Source of the DNA: Zygnema circumcarinatum SAG 698-1b
Lineage: Eukaryota > Plantae > Zygnematophyceae
Assembly: GCA_037447605.1 (NCBI GenBank)
Contig: CM074816.1
Location: 310,001-374,000, forward strand
Length of the DNA: 64,000 nucleotides
Direction of reading: 5' to 3'
Of the stretch, positions 1 through 10,339 are shown one piece after another. Numbering within the stretch: the first letter of the stretch is position 1; every line of letters begins with the position of its first letter. The notes below the pieces were generated by a model, which had not been told where the DNA came from, ran no database searches, and was given only the letters and a program-made list of their open reading frames with translations. A program made the position numbers and the translations under genes.

Positions 1-227
1 CCTCTCTCCCTCCCCCTCTCCCTTCCTGTACCCCTCGCCTTCCTTACTCCCTCTCTCTCCGCCTAGCCCCCTCCCTCGCCACATGCCCGCCCCACCCCCT
101 CCTCCCTGCCACCCTCCACTCCCTCCTCTCTCCTCCTCTCTCCTCCCTCCTCCCTCCTCCNNNNNNNNNNCTAAACCCCGTCCTCACCATTGGTTCTAAG
201 AGACGATGCGGGTGTCTACTTGCGCAG

Positions 228-3200
228 GAAGCTAAGGTACATGGGCCTGGTCGGGCCCATTCCAGAAGCCATAAAAGGACTCGTTAACCTTCAATCTTTG
301 TAAGTTGCAAGGCGCTATCTCGAAATTTCTTTTTTGTCGAAACTTTTAATCGTACCTGTGTTGGATGGCTTGCAAGAGATAGTAATCAAGTACTCGGACT
401 TGGGTGTTGGGATCACCTATATATAAACTCTCGTTTCTTTTTTATGTAGCTTTGTATTAACGCACAACTAGTTGACTCATTTCAAATATTGAAGCGATAT
501 GGAACGGTTTGGCTATAGATGATGGCAACTTGTTGTACTGTTTAGGGCCTTCACAGGTTTTAGGATCTCTAAGATTGTCATTTGTAAGAGAATTTTCTAA
601 ATAATTTTCATCTTGCCTGTTGTGGCAGGGACATAAGCGAAAATACAATCACTGGAGGTCTTGAATTCATCGGTCTACTTAAAAATCTGCATGAGTTGTG
701 AGTTCATCTCCCTGTTGGCTTCTTTCCAAACAAATTCTATGATTTAACTGTCCAAGGAAACTGAATTTCGTTTTCCAATTTGTGCACATCAAGGAGCGAA
801 GTACACAGATGTGCAAAGAATCTCGAAAGGAAAAAAGAGCTGAGCACCTCCTTCTGGAGAAGGATCAGATGAATCTTTGAGCTCATTTGTATTGGACCTT
901 CATGAACATGTTTTCATGTGCTAACTATCACCTTTGATTTTTTAAAGCTTCTGGTCCTCAAAATGGCGCCTTTGTAACTCTTCTTTCACGATGGTTTTTC
1001 CTTTTCAGTGCTTGCGTTTACTGCAACCTCGAAGGGACTCTGCCTTCATCATTTGGAGACTTAACGAAGTTGGAATTCTTGTAAGCTCCTTTCATCACTT
1101 CACTATGCTGCTCTCATTTCTGTCGTTTCACCTGTTCCTTTTCTGTACATTCTGTAGTCTAAGTCTGTGATGCGACTTAGAGCTTCACTAGAGAACTGCC
1201 TTCATCAAAAATGGAAAGAATGAATGGAAAACAGACCGTACTTAATCGTTTTTGAACAGATTATGATTTATATATCTGTTGTCAACGTTCAATCTTTCCG
1301 TGTATGAGGGTTCTATGTGTTGTTTTGTGTTATTACCATTGCAGGTACTTGTATGAAAACAAATTCGAAGGTGGCATACCTTCCGGCATCGTCAACTTGC
1401 CCAATATGATTTCTTTGTGAGTTCACGTGCTCGACCGAAGGTGCTTCCGTTTATTTTTTAACATTGCAACGGTTGACTGTCACATGGAACAACTTCTAGA
1501 GCGTTATTTATAGAAATTCCATTGCCATACGAAAACGCAGTAAAACCCTTGAAATGCTAAAACCAATGACATCTTGGAGCACTTATTCCTACAACCATGA
1601 AACCCGGAACTCCTTTAACTTCAGTTGCTTGGTGATCCACAAACCCTAAAAATCTGAACCCTAAATGCGTGTATGCGAAAATTATTTCTCACAGGGACCT
1701 GCGATGGAACACCTTCACGGGAGAAATTCCGGACCGCTCCTCGTCACTGCCAGTAATTCAATATCTGTATGTATTCTTTCAAAAAAAACATGAATCTCTT
1801 TTGACTCACGCAAGTGACATAGGATAAAAGGTTCATCTTTACTGTACGCAGATTTGAAATTTGACTAATCAGCCCAAGTTTGTTCCTTCATGGAAGAAAA
1901 AAAAAAAAAAAATTCTGTGGATCAGAGTGTGTTCCAGAACTAGTATTTGTTCAAACTCTTTATCATCAACACTCTATTTTGTGTGTTCAAACATCAGAAC
2001 GATCTTTGATGAATGTTTCTGTTTAGAATCTTTAATTCAGTGGGTGGTTGAAGCTCACAGGGGAGGTTGGTTGCAGGTGGCTGAACAACAATAACCTCAC
2101 TGGAACTATTCCTCTTTGGGTTTTTACAACATATTTCTCGTGAGCTTAGCTAACACATGCCTGTTTTTTTTCCTGTAAAAGAGATTTTCAATAAATTGCA
2201 TATTCTGAAAAAATTCAACCTCTGGAATCACCAAAGAATGTTTGGTGTATCAGGAAAGTAACTCAATAATACTGGTTTTGTATCGCAGTATAATTTGGAA
2301 CTAATCCAGGCTTCCACGTAAGCCCCATGTTACATTAAAAAACAAGCAATTAAAAACAAAACCAACCAACAAACAAACAGTGCAAAACTACTGTTTATTT
2401 GTATACAAGCAAATCCTGCAAACTCTTACATGAGGGGTCCTGCATGGCAAGCAGGGATGTGAGTGAAAACCAATTGGTGGGCAGAATACCTCCGCCAGAG
2501 AATTTTGGACCTGGTCTCCAATACTTGTAAGTGGAACTAAAACTAAAACTAAAAAAATTCGTATGTTTACAAAAAGTGTGAAAACTTGGTACAAAGTACA
2601 GATGTACTGTGTTTGATTGTGTTTGACTGGGTTTGACTGTTTTTGACTGTGTTTGACTTTGTAAATATTGTGTTTTGCCTCACTTCCACATGTGCTCTTC
2701 CATCCTATTTGTTGCAGAGATCTGTCAAACAACTACTTGATAGGAGATGTGGTGCTCCTAAACCCGCTTGTAGAAATCATGGATTTTTCCGTGAACTATT
2801 TCTCCAGCATCGATAGCAAGGCGCCGAGCAAATTAGATTCCAAGAGCAACTGCCTCTCTTCAGGGGATCAAAAATCTGACGGAGAATGCGCAAAATTCTG
2901 CGACGCAAAGCAGCCCGGGGGAGCTTGCGGAGTTCATGGAATTTGTGAACCAGAAAATTCGGGTCCAATATGCCAATGTGATGAAGGCTACTCTACTTCT
3001 GCTGAAAAGTTCACTTGCACTCTTGGTAAGCACCTTCATCTCCCAGTCGCTGTACCTAGTGGTCTGTCTGTAGATGTTTTTTTCTACCATAAGTTGTCGG
3101 TTGTCGCTAACATTCTTCTGATTGTAATGATGCTACACTGTTGTAATTGTTAGGAATTCAAAACCCAAAGACTTTTCAGAGGTAGATAGCTCATCTACTG

Positions 3201-6200
3201 CATTTTTTCCTCTGTTGTGTGCAGCCGAGGATTCAGCTTTCACTCCGCCACCGAAACCAAAACCTCACAAGTAAGTAAAATTGAGTGATTTCCCGGACCC
3301 CTTGTTCTCAGACTAGCGGTGGGAAACTTAGTCAAAGTGAACCATTAGCCACTACTCTTGGCTTGGCTTAAAAGTGAATTGGTCATGACTTTTGGCTAAC
3401 GCTGGCCAAAGCAAGTCAAGCCAAGTCAAGTCAATACGAGTGACTAAAGCCATGTTAGTCAAACCCTCAGTCTGGCCAAGTCTTGCCACCTCTTAGTATG
3501 GCTCTTAGCCGTGTGGTTAACCGTACGGACATGTACGACCAACGGCATTTAGTGCCACACAAATTGGTGACCGTACGGTCTGCTGTACGGACCAGCGGCT
3601 CCTGCCCGTTACTGCACGTGCGAAACTTTTTAACGGCTGCCCGAACTGGAGGGCCCTCCGTAATTTGCGGCCTGCCGTCCATTTGCGCAGTTCAGACCGC
3701 GGCCGCGATAGATCGACGGCTGCCTGCTGTCCGCTTGATTGTTTTTCCGTACCGTACCGTATCGTACGGCCGGCTTCCCTTCCGGAAGACGACTGTGAGA
3801 TAAACGCGAAGGCTTGGCGGAACGGACTTCCATTTGTCGCGAGTGGGAAATGGGAAAAATCAGAATCGGACAGAGCCTTAATTGGCATAGTTTTTCTCCG
3901 CGAAGGAATCGATCCGCCGACCAGCGGCACAAGAAGCCCATAGACATTCGCTTTTTGTAGCACCTCTCGTTCGTCGAAGAGAAGCCGAAGGGTTCAGGGG
4001 TTTATTTGGGGGGAAAGAGGTCCGTTCAAACGTGGGGCAGTACATGGGGCCACGAAGGCTCTACGTGGGTCCACATGGGTCCACGTAGGCCACGTGGACC
4101 AACAACTGCCTCTGTTGTGGGCGTACTCCGTCACAGCCGGTCGGAGGCAGACTCATTGTAGAGCTACCCACAGAGCTAGCAAGTTTACGTCACGTTGAAT
4201 CGTTAAGGAACTCTTACCCTCACATACGTCAAAAGTATGTGCGGAAACGACACGGTTTCATGAGGAAGAATGCATGTACAATCCATGTTTACGTTGTAAA
4301 GGTCTGCAAAGGTTTACATATTGCCACATCAAAGATAAGCTTCGTTCCATTATGAAATGTGGAACAGTTCTAAGAGTGCCAATTAATGTAGAAGTCTTTT
4401 CCCTTCCAATAACCCACCTAGACGGGACAGAGAACCCAAACATCATTACATATCCTTTGACCTGTCCCCTGCATTGTTCCTTTCCCCGTGCACAGGCCTC
4501 CACCTAGACTTCCATCCCCTCCTCAATCTCCATCTCCCCCTCCCCCATCCCCTCCCCCATCCCTTCCTCTGTCTCCATCTCCCCCTCCCCCATCCCCTCC
4601 CCCATCCCTTCCTCTATCTCCATCTCCCCCTCCCCCATCCCCTCCTCTATCTCCATCTCCCCCTCCCCCATCCCCTCCTCTATCTCCATCTCCCCCTCCC
4701 CCATCCCCTCCTCTATCTCCATCTCCCCTCTCCCCCATCCCCTCCTCTATCTCCATCTCCCCCTCCCCCATCTCCTCCTCAATCTCCCCCTCCCCCATCT
4801 CCTCCTCAATCTCCATCCCCCCCTCCCCCTTCTCCGCCTCCTCCTCCGCCCCCTCCCCCATCTCCTCCCCCACCATCTCCCCGTCCTTCCTCTCCAGCTT
4901 CAAGAGCTACTCCTCCTCCCAAATCTCCAAAACGGGCTCCACCTCGAGCAAAACGGTAAACTTGTTCCAGTAATTAATAAAATTCTTAAAGCTTTGCAAC
5001 TTAAATCATTTTTTCATTTATTAATGCCAGTGGCAACAACTGGGACATGAAATCCTTCAACAAAGGTGTTAAGGAGACAAACTGTGTCCTTTTTTGAAGT
5101 ATTTCATTCGCTTTACATTTATCACATGTGCGAATGGCTAGCGTGTAACCTTTCTTGTCATATAAAATGCTACTGTCTCCGCATTGCCTCCCCCCCTCCC
5201 TCCCTCTTCCATCTCGTCCTTGGAGAACTCCAACCCCCCGGGCATTCTGACTCATCTTCATCCCCTCATTTGTCGATGCGGGCCAGGCCTCCTCCTAAAC
5301 CTCGAGCCCGGTTTCCTCCTCCCTCTCCTCCTCCTCCCTCTCCCTCTCCTCCCCCTCCATCTCCTCCCCCTCCCTCTCCCTCTCCTCCCCCTCCATCTCC
5401 TCCCCCTCCTTCGCCATCACCTCGTCGTCACCACTCTCCTCCCCCGAAACCACGCCATCCTCCTCCTGCAATCCACTCTCCACGCGCTCCCATCAAGCCT
5501 CCCCCTTCTAAGAAACGGTATTCCCTCTCAACCTTGCAACAAAATTTCAAGCAGTAAATGATTAGACGAATTGAAGAAATGAACAAACTTGTATACGTCC
5601 CTTTATATTGTGCAGATAGTGAGGAACACTTATGCTTTGAACTTTGCATGTTGTGCACATGTTTGACCTATCTTCTTGTCCTACTCCTTTTACCAGTAAT
5701 CTGTAATCCCTTTCCCATGTTTCGTTTGATTCCTATGCAGTCCTCCTCCTCGGTCCACTTTTCCGCCAATAGTACCTCCAATTGCTGCTCCAATACCATC
5801 CACTTCAGCCCCCCCTCCCTCCTTGTCTCCGACATTGGCTCCATCTTCCTCTCCCATAGAATCTCCCGTTGCTCCTCCCACCCCCTTAGCTTCTCCTCTC
5901 TCCCCCACTTCTTCGCCACTCTCTCCCACTCCGTCTCTCTCTCCCACTGCTCCTCTCCCACCTCCTGCCGCAGCGCCTATGCCTTCTTCGATCGCTCCTA
6001 CCTCTCCCGTTCTTCCCCCATCCCCTGCACCCTCTTCCCCTCCTCCACTTCCTGCCCCATTGGCTCCACCTGCGATAGCAGCACTCATACCTCCCCCTCC
6101 CACTCCTGTTAGCTTCCCTTCCCAAAATGTTACACGCACTCCTCCCCCTCCTACCGGAGCATTTGTCGGAACTCCCACCACTCCTCCCCCCCCATCTGGA

Positions 6201-6278
6201 GCAACCAGGGAGGGACATATGTGCATGTTTTCATTACTCCTTGGTCTGTTGACCCTCCTTGTACTCCAGAAATGGTGA
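228..6278 (+). CDS. LRR + EGF-like + extensin (SP3-4) + AGP-like protein with C-terminal hydrophobic GPI-type signal; 5' end lies upstream of the window
   Basis: Five 72-nt phase-2 LRR exons (228-299 [24 protein letters not shown], 1009-1080, 1345-1416, 1695-1766, 2455-2526). Exon 2718-3025 has an LRR and a Cys-rich/EGF motif ([31 protein letters not shown]). Then 3225-3270, SPPPP-rich exons 4496-4955 and 5287-5517, and an Ala/Ser/Thr-Pro exon 5741-6278 ending [19 protein letters not shown]. All junctions are GT-AG and phases chain, except one +1 frameshift near 4729. Confidence 0.88.
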
Positions 6279-6519
6279 CACGTGTCCGAGTGGAGGTAAC
6301 AGCCTGTGCTTGCAAGAGGTAGAGGGCATGTCTGATAATAGTATTAGCCATTGTTTTGCTTTAGGTGCTTTTTTCTGCACTCTTCTGTTCAATTTGGTAA
6401 ATGCCATCCTGATTTCGTGCAATGCAATCGTAGGATGAAGTTGATTCACTTTACTCTCCTGAACCCTAAACTCTTTGGTGAGATTGTTTCGTTTCGAGTG
6501 GAGTGTTTGTTCATGGGAA

Positions 6520-6893
6520 GTAGTCGGAGAAAAAATTACACCAACCAGACACGCATGTGCGAGTTTGGATGTTTATCTAAATCCATGACACATTTGAATC
6601 CTGCTGATTGGCGCAAATCATCCTGGAAATGGGTGATAAATATATTTAGCCAGGTTTGGCTAGCAGTGGATGACTAATCTGATATGCCAGTTTTCAAAAT
6701 CGTTGATACTGCGAAGGTTATATCATTTGATTGGATGAGGAAATGGAAACGAAATTTGTATGGAGGCAACATTGCTGGAGTTGTTTGCTTATACGACCAT
6801 AGTTTTGGATATTATGACTGGCCCTTTTTCATGCCACGCAGAGGTGTTATGCGAAAGTGGCCTTATTGGTCAATAGGGAGTAGGTTGTATGTC

Positions 6894-6949
<56 letters not shown>

Positions 6950-7400
6950 CTCTCCCACTCTCACACTTCCGCTATCTTTAACTTTCTTTCCTTCCACTCT
7001 GATCGTGTTTGTTCGCGGTTTACAACTCCACACAGATCGTTCAGGGCGATATTTGAACTTTCAATACTTTGAAGAGAGAATCAATATTCGAGTCCCACAC
7101 GAACTTGAACCATTAAGAAGTCTTCACGGGATCACTTCCGATTGGAATCGGGAACTTAGTGTAAAAGGTCTGAGGTGTGACAAAATGACAAATTTCAGAC
7201 TTCAATTTGTGATCACTGTTTATGAATCAAGTATTTTATAGGATGCAGGGTCAGGGCACTTGCGACTTATGGGGTTTAATACTTATGGACTCAAAAATCC
7301 ACTTCACATACCCAGCCAAGTACTGCAGTCAAGAATCACAAACATTCCAAAATACTTCAGACAAGAAACGACAAAAAATAAGATTCGATCATCTCAATAA
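6520..7400 (+). other. Coding-like segment of unknown origin with candidate mini-introns (possibly decayed)
   Basis: ORFs 6351-6677 and 6684-7241 share a frame. Candidate introns 6654-6690 (37 nt, CTAAT branch, CAG) and 6717-6739 (23 nt) remove the stop and rejoin the frame. No family recognised. Confidence 0.25.
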
Positions 7401-7964
7401 TAGTGTCCTCCTGTCTCAACAAATTCCAAAATCCAGAACTATAGCGTGTAGCGTCTACGCTACTCGAGTAGCGGAGCAGGGCGAGTCATCTCGGCGCCTT
7501 TGCCATCGACATTTCAACAACTTCCTGCACCAAAAAAAAAATTCACAAATAAGGCAGCCATAACGTACACGAACAAATGTACAAAAAATAAATTAGATTG
7601 TAGTGAAAAGGAAAATGGTGGAAGGGAGAAGGAAGAAACAGGGGGAGACAGGAACATGGAGTGTGGTGAAGGGGAGAATGATGGAAGTGAGAAGGAAGAA
7701 AAAGGGGGAGGAAGGAAAATGGAGTGTGTAAAGGGAAGAATGATGGAAGGGAGAAGGAAAAAAGAGGAGAGGTTGTTGATGAAAGATGAAGGCTACTAAC
7801 TAACAAGTCAGCCCGTCAGTCTGTCAGTTTGTCGGCCAGTCTGTGAGTCCGTCTGTCAGTCACTTTGTCAGTCTGTCGGCCAGTCCGCCAGTCCTCTGGA
7901 CTTTAAAGACTGGTCATATGGAAATTATGGAAATTCTGGAAATTATGGAAATTATGGAAATAAG

Positions 7965-8515
7965 GTTCGTTCTTACGCTTACTTTCAAGTATTGCATAGC
8001 AAATAACCCTGGACTGATTTCGGAAGGACCCGGTCCTGGAGATGATGATGTTCGCAACGATCAAAAAAAGTCAGAAATATATGATCATAATCAAAAAAAG
8101 GTTCGTACTTACACTCTCACTCATGTGTTCTATAGCAAATAACCCTGGACTGATTTCGGAAGGACCCGGTCCTGGAGATGATGATGTTCGCAAAGATAAA
8201 AAAAAGTCAGAAATATATGATCATAATCAAAAAAAGGTTCGTACTTACACTCTCACTCATGTGTTCTATAGCAAATAACCTTGGATTGATTTCAGAAGGA
8301 CCCGGTCCTGGAGATAATGATGTTCGGAAAGATCGAAAAATGTCAGTGATATATGATTATAATCAAAAAAGGTTCGTACTTACGCTATCACTCATGTGTA
8401 GTATAGCAAATAACCCTGGATTGATTTCAGAACGACCCGGTCCTGGAGATAATGATATTCGGAAAGATCGAAAAACGTCAAAATATATGATCCTAATCAA
8501 AAAAGGTTCGTACTT
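7965..8515 (+). repeat. Tandem repeat, about 136-bp unit x4
   Basis: Units start GTTCGT at 7965, 8101, 8237, 8372 and partly 8506. Each is a 35-nt GT...TAG segment plus 99-101 nt containing AATAACCCTGGA...GGACCCGGTCCTGGAGAT. Confidence 0.92.
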
Positions 8516-8689
8516 CACATTCCCATTCTTCACATTTTCTTCTTCACCTTTTTTTTTTCTTTTCTTTTTCTTCCTTCCTTGTTGTTTTTTTTTTTTTTTC
8601 TGTATGTGAGTGTGTACGTTTGTGTGTCTGTGTCTGTGTGTTTGTCTGAATATGGGTATTCTTTTAACAGAAACAACAAAAAAAAAAAC

Positions 8690-9365
8690 AACTTTTTATT
8701 ACAACATAAGGCCTAATGTTGTAATATTTAGATTGTTTTTTTTTTTTTCTATGTGACTGTGTTTGTGTGTGTTTGTATTTGCGTATGTGTCTTATACAAA
8801 CAAAAAAAAATATCAAACTAATTAATACAACATGAGGCCTCAAGTTGTAATATTTAGATTGATTTGTTTTTTTTTTTCACTGCGAGTGTGTTTGTGTGCG
8901 CCAGTATTTGCGTGTGTGATTTTTCCAAACAAAAAAAAAAAAAAAAATCAAACTAATTAATACAACATGGGGCCCCATGTTGTAATATTTAGATTGATTA
9001 TGTTTTTTTTTTCCCTGTGATTGTGTTTGTGTGTGTGTGTATTTGCGTGTGTGACTTTTACAAAAAAAAAAAAAAAAAAAGACAAACTAATTAATACAAC
9101 ATGAGGCCTCATGTTGTAATATTTAGTTGGTTTTTTTTTATTTTTTTTCATTTCACAGTGACTGTGTTTGATAATGTGTATATTTGCGTGTGTGATTTTT
9201 CCAAACAAAAAAAAAAAAATTAATCAAACTAATTAATACAACATGGGGACCCATGTTGTAATATTTAGATTGATTATGTTTTTTTTTGTTTTTTGTTTTT
9301 TTTTTTTTTTTTTTCCCTGTGATTGTGTTTGTGTGTGTGTGTATTTGCGTGTGTGACTTTTACAA
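8690..9365. repeat. Tandem array (126-142 bp period, 5 units), each with a 24-bp palindrome
   Basis: TACAACAT(G/A)(G/A)GG|(C/A)C(C/T)(C/A)A(T/A)GTTGTA at 8700, 8826, 8961, 9095 and 9237. Copies 3 and 4 are perfect palindromes. Units are separated by polyT-(GT)n-polyA linkers. Confidence 0.92.
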
Positions 9366-9407
9366 ACAAAAAAATCTCTTTTTTCGTCCGGGCAAGGTCA
9401 CATCGCC

Positions 9408-10129
9408 ACGTGGCAGTCACTGCGCGCTTCTCGATCGAACAATGTTTCGGCCAGTTCTAGAATTGGCTTCTATTTAAAAAAAAAAAAAAAAAATCGATTT
9501 TTTTTTTTTTACCACACACAAACTGGACGACAGAATGACGCCGCATTCTGTCGTCCCAGTTTGTGTGTGGTTTTTTTTAGTTTTTTTCCCATTTTAGGGC
9601 TACGTGGCAATACCTGACTGGATAAAAAACATACCCCATTTCCTACAAACGATCCAAAAAAACACCACAGCACCCACGTGGCAATTTCTGACTGGATAAG
9701 AGGTATACCACATTCCGTTCGACAATCCAAAAAAAAAAAAAAGCGGATACGTGGCAATAACTGACTGGATATTCAGTTTAGTTAAACACTCTGCGACACA
9801 AACCGTAATTACAACAATAAGTCCCGTAAAACATTCAAACAGAACGCTGTCGTGCGTAGAAAAGACACGTGGCAATGACTACATAAATACGCGATATACC
9901 CCATTTTCTGCACATTCGATCCAACAAAACACACAACCAATCAGGACGCGCGACGTGGCAACGTCAAACTCGCGGCAACTATACCCCCTTTTCATTAAAT
10001 TCACCTTTGACAACATAATCGAATCCGTAGGTCACATAAAACAAAAAGACGTGGCAATAATTGAATACTCCATTTTCTGCACATTCGATCCAACAAAACA
10101 CACAACCAATCAGGACGCGCGACGTGGCA
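9408..10129 (+). repeat. Array of eight ACGTGGCA motifs within 74-bp and 169-bp-spaced repeats
   Basis: ACGTGGCA at 9408, 9602, 9676, 9749, 9867, 9953, 10049 and 10122. An about 110-bp block is duplicated at offset 169. Confidence 0.88.
9511..9571. other. Near-perfect hairpin (27/28-bp arms, 6-nt loop)
   Basis: ACCACACACAAACTGG-ACGACAGAATG acgccg CATTCTGTCGTCCCAGTTTGTGTGTGGT, with a single 1-nt bulge. Confidence 0.9.
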
Positions 10130-10339
10130 ACGTCAGACTCGCGGAAACTATACCCCATTTTCATCAAACTCATCTTTGACACCTTAATCGAACTCGTCGT
10201 ACGGATGAAAACGATGACAAAGCTTTTGCCTACGGCAACGCAAAAATATATTTCACACCATTTTTGTCTATACACAGTCCTTTTTCTGTCGGGCAGATTT
10301 TATTTTAGAAAAAAAAGGTTTTGAAACCCTAAAAACGCA

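Noticed and set aside
3314-3496. Possible old hAT MITE (TAGCGGTGGGAA ... TTGCCACCTCTTA, with GCCAAG/AGTCAA subrepeats)
   Set aside because: The TIRs are imperfect and there is no TSD, so it cannot be supported.
3505-4150. GC-rich CCGTACGG-rich insertion in the long LRR-gene intron
   Set aside because: It looks TE-like, but no TIR, TSD or coding motif was found, and its ORFs are not protein-like.
8690-9365. CRISPR-like array (palindromic repeats at regular spacing)
   Set aside because: The linkers are near-identical to each other and over 100 bp long, and there are no cas genes; this is a tandem repeat.
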